64,000 nt of DNA from an uncultured virus (IMG/VR IMGVR_UViG_3300020411_003822) (taxonomy: Duplodnaviria; Heunggongvirae; Uroviricota; Caudoviricetes), in the IMG/VR virus record IMGVR_UViG_3300020411_003822, one strand, 5' to 3'. A model generated the notes under the pieces. It saw only the letters and a list, made by a program, of their open reading frames with translations. It made no database searches and was not told the origin of the DNA. The position numbers and the translations under genes were made by a program. The number at the start of each line of letters is the position of its first letter. Position 1 is the stretch's first letter. Positions 20,801 to 30,000 of the stretch are shown here, piece after piece.

Positions 20801-23800
20801 AGTAAACAGCAAGATTAAACCTGAAAAGTCAGAAACGGCGAACACACCAGCATACCCTTCGGGCCACGCATTTCAATCATATCTCATTGCAGATTTCCTT
20901 TCAGATCAATACCCTGAACACAGAAACGGATTCTACGCAATCGCAAAACGCATAGCAGACGCAAGAGTAAGCGTGGGTTTACATTATCCATCAGACAACG
21001 AAAAAGCAATTGATTTACTCAATGAATTGTTAGTGCCTCAACCTATCGAAAACCCGCCAACAGACAATTGGAGCGCACATAGGCAGCGTGTTCCGTGGGA
21101 CTTTGCACCGAATGCCTTTGGCAGAGGTTCTGCTTTCAGAACCTTCAAGATGGACGATAAGACCAGTAGGAGAAAAGCAATTCACATGGATGGGTGGAAC
21201 AGGCGTTATGACAAATACAAGGGTGTACAAGCCATTGCAGGCCGACTTCTAAATGGTAAGTGGCACATTCAATCCATTCGCGTACCTCGTAAATACAAAC
21301 TTCGAAGGACTCTGAGAGAAGTGAGACTTGATCGTAAGCGACCTCCGAAGTGGTACAAGGAACTGCATCCAGAAGCAAAGCCGTTTGGAACAAAAAAGAA
21401 CCCAATACCTGATGAGGATTTTCCCCCAACCATATTTCTCCAAAATCTCAAAATAACACCAGAACTTGACGAAGCCTTGCGTTTTTCCGCAGACCACGCC
21501 GTCCGTACCAATCGTGAAATGCTTGTAATCAAACCTGACTTATCTCTCTACTGGTTCCAACAATTACACCAACAAATGCTTGAAGATGGACAATTTAACC
21601 GTTTCTCGGCACAAACGCCAGAATCATATTTCCTCACAATTGCAGCGGAAGATTTGGAACATAATCTCCGGAATTCACCCAATATACGCGAAGCAATCAA
21701 AGAATTCACAGTAGCAAGCATCCCACCCCCTGAGAAGAATGCGCCACTGTACGAAAGAACAGGCAGAAAAATCCCATCAACATTGTATCACGGTACAAGC
21801 GCAAGAGCAGTTGAAGCAATTTACAATTCAGGCGAAATAGACCCCAGATTCAGCCATTTTATGGGGGAGGGAATATATCTCACGCCAAGTCCAAAACTTG
21901 CAAGTGCATACGCAAAAAAAGCAGCAGGTTATTGGAAGGAAAATGCCCGTGTCCTCCAAGTAGATATGGATTCTCTTGAAAAAGATGTTAAGCATCTTGT
22001 TGTCAGGTACAGCAAAGCGAAACACACATCAGTATCGGACGAACCCAGCGACATCTACACAGTTGATTCCTCAATCCCTCTACAGTATATCGAAAGAGTA
22101 TGGTCGCCAACTGGAGAAATCAACCCGCTCCTTGAAAACCCAATCATGCCTCGCAACGCAATCGCCGCAATGGACGAGGGTTGGACAGGATACCCCACAT
22201 GGGCAATATCTCCTACAATCTCGATGAGCAACCTGCAGGGAAATCCCCCCAAAGAACACCGGATTAGTCACACAGTAAAAGGCAAAGAGTTAGGATTTTT
22301 GACATATTTCAAATACAAAAACAATAACTTCATCGAGGAGTTTTCAGTCAGCCCCCGACATCGAGACAAGGGAATCGGAAAGAAACTACTGAATGAATAC
22401 ATCAAAAAATACCCAAAGACCACGACAATTCTGTTGGCCGGAGCCCAACCTTCATGGTTTTGGAAGAGTGGCTTAGATCAAAAGCAATTAGAGGGGTTTT
22501 ATGAGAAATACGGATTTGTTAAAATTGGAGAAATAGATGGAGAAGGGCCCTTCTTCCAACGAAACCCCCCATTGAAAATCATAACCTCAGACATCATCAC
22601 AATTTCTGGACCCAGCGGTGCAGGTAAATCTGCGATAGCGAAGGGACTCAAGAAGAAAATTGGTCGTTCAGCAAGAGTTGTGCCTTCTTACATGACTCGA
22701 AAGAGAAGACCGAAAGAAGAAGAAGGAAAGGATGGCATATTCATCACCAAGAAGAAATTCAAAGAGATGATTAAACGAGGCAATTTCACAACATCAAATG
22801 GAACAGATCTATGGGTGCTGCAGAACAACGGCCACTATTACGGCAGAAGGGCAGAGGATTTCGAAAGGTCGGGTGTAGCAATTGTTGATGTAAGCTTCAA
22901 GGGATTGGAATTGATGCGAGAAGCCTTCCCAGGTAAGACCTATTCTGTACTTGTAAAAACAAGAATGGGTGAAGAACGAAGAAGAAAAATATTACAAAAA
23001 AGAGGCATTCACACAGACGATGAGATAGAACGCAGGGTCAAAATCGGAACAATGATGATGCAAAAAGAGAACTACGAGAAATACAACTTCGATTTCTTTG
23101 CCGCCAATAGATTAGGAGAATTGGAAAAGAATGTAGCAATGATCGCAAGCGAGTTCCGTAAATCTCAGGCCAAAGATAATCCAGATACTTGTTGCATAAT
23201 TTGTGGTTCATGCGAAGATCCTTGCGACTGTAAAGAAAATCCAACGAAACAACTGCCTGGGCTATTCACGGACAAAGTGAAGGTTACGGCCAATGAATTC
23301 CACAGAAGTTTCAATCATCTGCCATTCGTAAACCCACCATTCATAGAATTAAGGGAAGCATATCATACAACGCCCGATGAAAATGTCGCCTCAATCATGG
23401 AAAAAGGCATTTTGATGACAAAAATAGGAAAGGTAGAACCTGCCGTTTACCTCACTTACAATATGCAACAAGCCGAGAGGATGAGGGCTTTCAGAGAACG
23501 GAGACTCGGAACCCCCCACACAATATTGAAAGTAGATCTTAGGAACTTTTCCAACAAAGATGTCGGAGCGGAACCGTGGGAAAGCAGAGATTTCCCCGAC
23601 AAAAATCAGAGGATGGCCTACATGATGGCAACGACCAACCAATTAATGATTACAAAAAACATCTCACCAGAATACCTCACAATAATGCCTAAGACAGATT
23701 CACAAGACAGACTTGATGCCCTTGAATTTGTTGAATCACGCCATTGGCCCGATGATTCGCCCGAAGAAAAGAAAAAGAGATTTGATGCAAGGAACAAACC

Positions 23801-26800
23801 CAACCCTCCTCGTAAGCCTACCGTAACATTCTCCAAAAGCCCAAAGTCAGACAAAAAGATGGTTGCAGTATTCACCTACAATGATGGTCGGACAAAGACC
23901 ACCCATTTCGGTGCAAAGGGAATGTCAGATTACACAATACACAAAGACCCAAAGAGGAAAAAACGGTATTTAGACCGACACCGAAAGAACGAAAATTGGG
24001 ACGACTACACCAGTGCAGGTTCATTGTCAAGATACATTTTATGGGGGGAACCTACCTTGAAGGCCAGCATTGAATCATATCTGAAAAGATTTGGATTGAA
24101 AGAAACCAAGAAAAACCCAATGGCACCAGGATACCAATCATTCAGTTGGATAAGTCAAGACTGGAGAGCCGTTAAGGTAAACAACAAAGGTGAAATCGAT
24201 TATTCAGAAAAGTGTGGAGCAGAAGGGACACAAACAAAATCAGGGAAACCACGATTATGTTTGCCTCGCAAAGTGATCCAAACATTGTTGAGAACAGAAT
24301 CAGGAAAGGAGATATTGCGACAACAAGCAAGAAAGAAAGCGAGAGCCAAGAAAGGAGAGAGAGTCCCCTGGCATCCTCGAATCAAAAAACTCCACGCCAA
24401 ATTAGAGAAAGAAACAGTTCAAGACAATCCTCCAGTGTTTGAATCACCAACAGCAATGGACATGGGCATCCAATACGGAGACATAACAGGGCCAAGTCCA
24501 GAAGGCAAAGAAGGTAGTTCAAAGTGGCACAACCAACTCCTTGATGGAAAAATGTCGGATCTGCCTTTGAAGGCGGGAGCATGGAAGAAGCGTTCATTCA
24601 AGGCTGAAATGGGAATGCATTCACTCGAACATGAGGATGGCACACGCACAATCGGTTTCGTTGAGAAATTCGCAGATGATACTCGCCCATACACAGTTTC
24701 CCTGAAAATTGACGGGGACAGTAGCTTGGTTCACTTTGATGGTAAACAATCAGTTGTGTGGAACAAGCGTGGTCGCTGGCGCAGAAACTTCCACATCACC
24801 GACCAAATAACCACTTCGCTGAAAAAGAAAGGCGTGAAATCAGCACAGATTTTGGGTGAGTTGTATGCAGTAGACGAAGACGGGCTGGCCCTTTCCCTTA
24901 ACGAAATATCAAGCATCATCGTATCACCCAAGACTCAAGAACGACAGGACTCAATCAGGTTTGCTGGATTCGACCTTCTCGAACTAAACGGGAAGGACTT
25001 CTCTGAAACCCCATACGAAGAAAGAGTCTCCAAATTGATTGGGCTTCTTGAAGGCGAAGACATCATGATTGTACCGTTCTACCAAAGCAAAGGCGGGATG
25101 AAAGAGTTAGAACAGGCGTGGGAAGAAGGAATGAAAGAACCCAACTTCGAAGGCCTTGTCCTTAGATTTGAGGGCGAACCTAAATCATACAAAATCAAAA
25201 TGAAAGGGACTGCTGACCTTGCAGTATTCGGATTCTATCGTGGAAAAACAACAGAGACAGGCAGAGACAAAGACAGAGTAGGCGGAGGTGTACTTGCTTG
25301 GATGCTCCCTAACGGTGATTTCGTTTACGCAGGTAGATCTGTAATAGGGAAATCTCTCAAAGAGAAAGACGAACTGTTAGAATTACTATTGAAGGATTCA
25401 GTAGATGCGCCTTTGATTAAATTAAGAGGGAGAACGGTTGATAATTCAATCACCCATGATTCCAAAGGGAAAGGAACAATCACAATGGTTGCTCCCAAGA
25501 TGGTCGGAGAGTTCATGTACAGAGGAATCAACTGGGGAGAGAAACCTGTATTCAGATTCACAAAAGGAAAAGTAGAGGTTGTGGGGAAGATGAGAGCCCC
25601 TACAATGTTCCAAGCCTCATTCAAGAGATGGAGAGAAGACAAAGGCGTCAATCCTCACGATCTGCGCATGGAACAAATCCCTGTTGAGGGAACTGGCAAA
25701 TGGGGTCACATCAAAACCAACCCAGCAAAAAGCGTATGGGGTGAAGAAATCGAGATGCCAAAGAAATTGTACCATCTCACACTGGAAGAAAACCTACCAA
25801 GCATAATGGAAAACGGATTGGTGGCTAATCACGGGCCACTCACACGGGCATTAAAGAGACAACTCTACAAAGTTGCAATAGAACGAGGTTTGATTGAGGC
25901 GGACTTAGATTTTGAAGAATACATCAACTCATTCACCCCAAGAATTTTCATGACTTCCGAAATCGAAGATGCTTTATTTTGGAGAAGTAAAATGCCTAAA
26001 CATGATAATTTCGCCTTGATTGAAATAACAGTACCTGAAACACTCGAACTCAGATTGAATGGCTTGGAATGGACAACAACAGAAACAATAGCCCCAGGAA
26101 ATCTCAAAGTTGTCAACCCAGCAAAAGGCGTCACATTTGAGATTAAGCCCCATCCTGATTTAGAAGACGACCCATCGATAACTTCGTCTTTCTTAGTCGG
26201 AGAATTGGATGGCGAAGAAATCATCGGTGTAATCTTCAATGATGAGGGTGACAAATACCACATCGACCACATACATATCCAACGGAAACACAGGGGAAAA
26301 GGATACTCAAAAGCGACACTAAATTGGTTCAAATCAAAGGGAAAACCAATTGAACTGTACGCTCCAATCCAATCAGGAAAAGCACCCTGGTCAAAGGAGC
26401 GAGGCCGAAGAGACTGGTACAAGGGAATGTATGAAAGACAAGGTTTTGTGGAAATCAACGCAGACAGTGGATTAATGCGTTGGGAACCCGATGTGAAAGG
26501 GAACCCATCCATGAGAATGAAGCCAGTCACTGAAAAAAAATGGAATGCAAACTCCAGTTATCCTTTTGATAATCGAATGTTCGAAATACCAAACATCATG
26601 GTTTGGCCGAAATGGCACACAATCAAGGATCTAAGAGATAATCCAGACCACATCTTCTTGTTTGGAGACAACCAAGCCAGGAAGGGGAAAAAGGGCCAAG
26701 CACAAATCCGTGGTATGAAAAATGCAATGGGGGTTAGAACAAAGAGAATCCCATCCACTACGCCCAGTTCGTTTTTGGCAGACAAAAATTATCAATCTAA

Positions 26801-27008
26801 CTTGAAGATGATGAAAGAGGATTTCCTAATGGCAATTGAAGCTGTCCCAAAAGGAGGAACCTTAGTGTTCCCGAAAGACGGTTTAGGTACAGGATTGGCA
26901 GAATTGCCTCAAAGGGCTCCCAAGACATACCTATGGCTGAAGGAGTTTAGCGAAATGCTCACATCATTAGACGATACCCCACTGAACAAGGCGGAGGTGC
27001 AAATATGA
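17883..27008 (+). CDS. Giant NP-linked polyvalent polyprotein (3041 aa)
   Basis: About 890-aa unknown N-terminus, then more than 10 modules, nearly all opened by NP/NPP; domains listed separately. Confidence 0.92.
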   Translation: MKELPPMPEVAAWILKSEINKYPNISEADVAKRSKNRILTRRGGKGQFLTTSTQYWMAKLQGGGGVGKNSTLPLGHTTMDKQQSWREGFHTSGDPVIIPERDYPGLELEEIASLFAAQSILLYRTETRGSNIGPDISALEDTEPLTAINIGENANLDILTEQRKKRESYANNVLRSIKHSIPESKAIRFNNSRGRIHGLHAVNFGVGTELVGLGLELPKPNAPTNLVAINVENVELTSRKALFLQTVELSELIAREMQTVTLPCTKGKQTIIYIGGGALGGISYNDVYDKLAQLGKLVGHAAPNSVIAFKDIAFKEMGIKVSRESFTRRNEDVLQLPLSLDIYPAKEKTSMNRPYQGSQELGMEFGQSGLSITPIGDATLFDPNFDDHPSIVQYRMNQLVPTVIEFLRISRVAPPALDVEPYLVKPNNLWKKMRAENAKIKEIKQEELEYAIDAFSIVKGHEVAIEYENGQATMHMSNELSLTGIPQTNDFEQYCRAEGIKTIAVKGILCPTDGNSYGLVDDALKIEEITTDLTETLNIFMPLEVQIYRVMEGESFQQIRGLAYPHAKIARNISTESGGTNFAELINDELDTGYATRILLELPDNVEKNLYSEQVLDAAIIGYDLDGKNPSNGIIGKVIIALLSREKIRVEKGGKMRTINAEIYNPIGVVGAFAGFEIDAKRQILQHLMKHSTHPDYDEGYIMVNPEDANMVVRVMHKGIQTMKPQKKYRLITTMDAYKEKKPTWRTTADMNIERLDYGGTPEVVPGNTQLVSMGIDDLPTLRAPTITALVSKVDGFEEHFIEKEDKYSSRWSSQSEKLTFKAPIEQLIKNAPSREYPGGDAQYMMDGILLGSLTHISADGKKRITLANWQQKYPELAARLEEAKNRGWTVVMPNPPSYPNSEAESEIVLEKMKNPDLEYFKLTDKSPYPAFKEYLDEHSLEHEKEALTKIIKDTQAFIMKQKNHYNRPRPAEVNSKIKPEKSETANTPAYPSGHAFQSYLIADFLSDQYPEHRNGFYAIAKRIADARVSVGLHYPSDNEKAIDLLNELLVPQPIENPPTDNWSAHRQRVPWDFAPNAFGRGSAFRTFKMDDKTSRRKAIHMDGWNRRYDKYKGVQAIAGRLLNGKWHIQSIRVPRKYKLRRTLREVRLDRKRPPKWYKELHPEAKPFGTKKNPIPDEDFPPTIFLQNLKITPELDEALRFSADHAVRTNREMLVIKPDLSLYWFQQLHQQMLEDGQFNRFSAQTPESYFLTIAAEDLEHNLRNSPNIREAIKEFTVASIPPPEKNAPLYERTGRKIPSTLYHGTSARAVEAIYNSGEIDPRFSHFMGEGIYLTPSPKLASAYAKKAAGYWKENARVLQVDMDSLEKDVKHLVVRYSKAKHTSVSDEPSDIYTVDSSIPLQYIERVWSPTGEINPLLENPIMPRNAIAAMDEGWTGYPTWAISPTISMSNLQGNPPKEHRISHTVKGKELGFLTYFKYKNNNFIEEFSVSPRHRDKGIGKKLLNEYIKKYPKTTTILLAGAQPSWFWKSGLDQKQLEGFYEKYGFVKIGEIDGEGPFFQRNPPLKIITSDIITISGPSGAGKSAIAKGLKKKIGRSARVVPSYMTRKRRPKEEEGKDGIFITKKKFKEMIKRGNFTTSNGTDLWVLQNNGHYYGRRAEDFERSGVAIVDVSFKGLELMREAFPGKTYSVLVKTRMGEERRRKILQKRGIHTDDEIERRVKIGTMMMQKENYEKYNFDFFAANRLGELEKNVAMIASEFRKSQAKDNPDTCCIICGSCEDPCDCKENPTKQLPGLFTDKVKVTANEFHRSFNHLPFVNPPFIELREAYHTTPDENVASIMEKGILMTKIGKVEPAVYLTYNMQQAERMRAFRERRLGTPHTILKVDLRNFSNKDVGAEPWESRDFPDKNQRMAYMMATTNQLMITKNISPEYLTIMPKTDSQDRLDALEFVESRHWPDDSPEEKKKRFDARNKPNPPRKPTVTFSKSPKSDKKMVAVFTYNDGRTKTTHFGAKGMSDYTIHKDPKRKKRYLDRHRKNENWDDYTSAGSLSRYILWGEPTLKASIESYLKRFGLKETKKNPMAPGYQSFSWISQDWRAVKVNNKGEIDYSEKCGAEGTQTKSGKPRLCLPRKVIQTLLRTESGKEILRQQARKKARAKKGERVPWHPRIKKLHAKLEKETVQDNPPVFESPTAMDMGIQYGDITGPSPEGKEGSSKWHNQLLDGKMSDLPLKAGAWKKRSFKAEMGMHSLEHEDGTRTIGFVEKFADDTRPYTVSLKIDGDSSLVHFDGKQSVVWNKRGRWRRNFHITDQITTSLKKKGVKSAQILGELYAVDEDGLALSLNEISSIIVSPKTQERQDSIRFAGFDLLELNGKDFSETPYEERVSKLIGLLEGEDIMIVPFYQSKGGMKELEQAWEEGMKEPNFEGLVLRFEGEPKSYKIKMKGTADLAVFGFYRGKTTETGRDKDRVGGGVLAWMLPNGDFVYAGRSVIGKSLKEKDELLELLLKDSVDAPLIKLRGRTVDNSITHDSKGKGTITMVAPKMVGEFMYRGINWGEKPVFRFTKGKVEVVGKMRAPTMFQASFKRWREDKGVNPHDLRMEQIPVEGTGKWGHIKTNPAKSVWGEEIEMPKKLYHLTLEENLPSIMENGLVANHGPLTRALKRQLYKVAIERGLIEADLDFEEYINSFTPRIFMTSEIEDALFWRSKMPKHDNFALIEITVPETLELRLNGLEWTTTETIAPGNLKVVNPAKGVTFEIKPHPDLEDDPSITSSFLVGELDGEEIIGVIFNDEGDKYHIDHIHIQRKHRGKGYSKATLNWFKSKGKPIELYAPIQSGKAPWSKERGRRDWYKGMYERQGFVEINADSGLMRWEPDVKGNPSMRMKPVTEKKWNANSSYPFDNRMFEIPNIMVWPKWHTIKDLRDNPDHIFLFGDNQARKGKKGQAQIRGMKNAMGVRTKRIPSTTPSSFLADKNYQSNLKMMKEDFLMAIEAVPKGGTLVFPKDGLGTGLAELPQRAPKTYLWLKEFSEMLTSLDDTPLNKAEVQI
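20574..21030 (+). other. Domain: PAP2 / acid phosphatase-haloperoxidase fold
   Basis: KxxxxRxRP, PAYPSGH and RVSVGLHYPSD are the three PAP2 motifs. Confidence 0.9.
21780..22110 (+). other. Domain: ADP-ribosyltransferase-like 1
   Basis: LYHGT...GEGIYLT...ASAYA...VLQVD (H-Y class ART pattern). Confidence 0.8.
22251..22560 (+). other. Domain: GNAT acetyltransferase 1
   Basis: VSPRHRDKGIGKKLL (motif A) and FYEKYGF. Confidence 0.88.
22590..23165 (+). other. gmk: Domain: guanylate kinase
   Basis: ISGPSGAGKS, SYMTRKRRPKEEEGKDGIF, GHYYG. Confidence 0.85.
23340..23690 (+). other. Domain: ADP-ribosyltransferase-like 2 (Tpt1/KptA/DarT-like start)
   Basis: YHTTPDENVASIMEKGI...VYLT...ILKVD...NISPEYL. 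Confidence 0.7.
23810..24100 (+). other. Domain: basic domain resembling a family common in nucleocytoviruses (DUF5754-like, from memory)
   Basis: HFGAKGMSDYTIHKDPKRKKRYLDRH...W...SAGSLSRYILW. Confidence 0.7.
24435..25710 (+). other. lig: Domain: ATP-dependent DNA ligase (adenylation + OB domains)
   Basis: Motif I SLKIDG (Lys at 24705), ILGEL, FAGFDLL, EGLVLR, YKIK; C-terminal F..WREDK. Confidence 0.88.
25755..26110 (+). other. Domain: ADP-ribosyltransferase-like 3
   Basis: LYHLTLEENLPSIMENGL...IFMT...LIEI...EW..TETIAP; resembles domain 2. Confidence 0.7.
26130..26490 (+). other. Domain: GNAT acetyltransferase 2
   Basis: IQRKHRGKGYSKATL and MYERQGF. Confidence 0.8.
26620..26970 (+). other. 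Domain: phage-type FGDN/GQA domain, possibly macrodomain-related
   Basis: FLFGDN..RKGKKGQAQIR...NAMGVRTK...VFPKDGLGTGLA. Confidence 0.5.
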
Positions 27009-30000
27009 GTTTATGGAACCGGCACATCAAGAATCCGACACAACCGCTTAGAACTGGAAGAATACCAAATCAAAACACCGCTCAACGAGCATCACCGAGA
27101 GTTTTGGGCTGGAGAGTAGAAGACAGAGATTCATTTGTCGCAGCATTCGCATTCAGCACAGTCGAAAACGCCAATTCTGAAAAACCCGAAATCGAAGAAT
27201 GGGTGAAAAGGAACCTTGAACCAAGATTCGGCAAAGGCTTAGAAGTAATACTCAAGGCCAAAACACTAATCGTCATTAGACCAGGAACAGATGTGACTAA
27301 ACTTGAAACTACAAAGGACGGCTCTCCTTACTACAAAGGAGAACTCAGGCAAACTCGATCATCTGATGAAGGAGAAACGAGATTTGTCGAAGATTTACTT
27401 ACTGGTAAAGAAGTCCGTGAAAATCCCCCTACTGATGTAATCATTACCGTACCTCACGCCAAAGATGACAAAGTCGATGATGGCCACGATACCGATTGGA
27501 ACGCAGAAAAGGCCTCCCATGAACTTGCTAATGCACTATTGGAAAAGGGAATAGATCCAATCGTAATGATTGGAGAAGATAATCGGGACATATGGGACCT
27601 TAACAGAGAACATTCGAGCGGAAGGCCTTTTCACATTGCATTAAACAAAAATCTGAAAAACGCAGATATTCTGCTCGACATTCATTCATACCCAGCAGAA
27701 TACGAAGGCTGGGGAGACTACGATGTAGTGTTGTTTGCATTCGGCCCTTTTCACACCGAAGAAGACAACAACGACACGATGGAACTTGCAAAATGGATTA
27801 CAGAAGAATGTCCCGATACCAAAGTTCTCATCGACCAAGCCGACATGATACGCAATTACATTCAGCACAAAGGAATGATTAGAGACATTGAATCACATTT
27901 GATTGAAGTTGTCGAAGGAAAGGATCCGAAACCCGCAATGAAAGCTGTAGCAAATTACATCACAGGAACCAAAAGAAACATACCAACCGTTTTACCAGAA
28001 GGTGCGGCATACCAACAATTCACACTGAAACTAAATCTCAAAGAGAAAACAACATTGCTGGAACTGCTTGAAATCGAAATGGAAGATTTAGGATTCCCTC
28101 CCTTCAAACACAGTTATTTCGGTTCAACCTCAATAGTTGAGAGAACATGGTTCAAACTCCCAACAGGATTTCCTCAAGAGCCAACACTAATGTTTGCAAG
28201 GAATACTGGAGTCGTTTACCTGTATCGAGCGCAATTCCTCAACAACAAGGAAGTTCAATCAATCTACGAAATGATAAATGAGGCAGTTGAATCTCAACCA
28301 GAACCAAATCCCAAAGACGACAATAAAGAAAGCAAACTGAACAGAAAATCCTCTGAAAGCGAAATCAAAGAAGCATTGAAGAAGAAAAAAATAGATCCTC
28401 CTGTTAATGCAAAAGGAAAATTGCAGGTTTCGAAAGCACTACAATTAGCCGCAGGTTATGTGGACAAGGATTCATCCAACGAAGACATTGAAGCCGAACT
28501 GAAAAAAAGGAAGAAGAAAATCCCGAAAAAATCCGATGGAAAGGGCGGTGAAAAACTCGATAGGGCCAAAGCCCTTGAAATGGTTGGGGCAAAAGAATCA
28601 GTTGAAGCAATGCCAAGTTTACCATCATTCGGCAGCAGTAGCAAAAACGAAAGGATGAAATTGTCCACATCTGTAACCAGAATGGTTGTATCTCAATTAC
28701 TTCCAGGTGCACACACAATCAAAGAAGAAGGCAAAGGCAAAGGCGGCCAAGTAGATGCAGCAAAAGTCAGAAACCTCGATGCATTCAAGAAATTACCAAG
28801 AGCAGAGAAGAACAAATTGCTTCCGAAAGGAAAAGCACCAAACTGGGGTGAAATCAAAAAGAAGTTCGGAGACAAAGACATTTACAAAAACCCACCCAAA
28901 CTCTGCAATACTCCTAACAAGAAAAAGTACGAAACCCAGGCAGATGCAAGAATAGCAGCAAACTACCGAATGCGATTAGGGACCGCTCCCCACCTATCAA
29001 CCTACAAATGCAAGGGTTGCGGCTTCTGGCACCTTACCTCAACAAAGACCAACCCTCCGGTCACAGTAGATCCAGAGCAAGGAAAGTTCTCTTTAGACAT
29101 CACAGGCAGATTCGTCAAGAACCCCTCAATCGTAGTCACGGCTAATGGGGAAGCTTCAAAATTGAATATAGGAGAATTAGCGGAGCCCCAAGAAGGAGAA
29201 TATGGAAGGGAACAAGGACGCTTGGTAAGGGTGAACATGTTTAGACAAAAAGCAGGTTTCAAAATCAAGGGCCAGAAAAAGCAACCAAAATACATCATCT
29301 CAATAGAAACAGCAGGCAAACACTTCTATGCTGAAAGAGAAGTCAAAATACATGGATTCGCTGAATTGAAACACTTCCCCGACAAGAAAAGCGAACCACG
29401 GCTACGCGTGGAGACAAGAGGCAAACACATCACAGTTTGGCCAACAGTAGGAGATGGAAAGGGGTGGCTAAAGCAAGCACCAGAAAAAACAGTAATTGTC
29501 CGAGGAAAAGAACACCCTCTTTACGACAACATACACATCTACCAAAAAGAAGGAGATAAGTACGCTACAGAATCATTAGGCCTCTCTGACCTGATAGAAA
29601 ACCCAACATTGCAAAAAACCCTGTATGGTGAGGCGTTTAGAGATGAACTCACCGAAAAAGAAGAAAAAATAGAGGCATTGAAGGTTGCGGGACACATTCT
29701 AATGGACCTGCCCAAATGGATGAAGGATAAAGAACTCCAAAAATTAGGTGCAATGCGTGTTTCTAAACCAGAAAATCCGCTAAACAATAACTGGCTAATT
29801 CCTCCTGAGGCAGAACCCATAATCGAAGGAATGATAGAAAAGAAGAGAGAAGCAATTCTCGAAGAAGCCCGAAAAAAAGCAGAAGGTACAGCACGACTTG
29901 ACGAGTTCAAAAGAAACTCACCTGCATACGCAGAACAATATGTGAAAGATCACGAACTGATGACTCCCAAAGAAGAAAAGAAATTTACCAAAATCAAACT

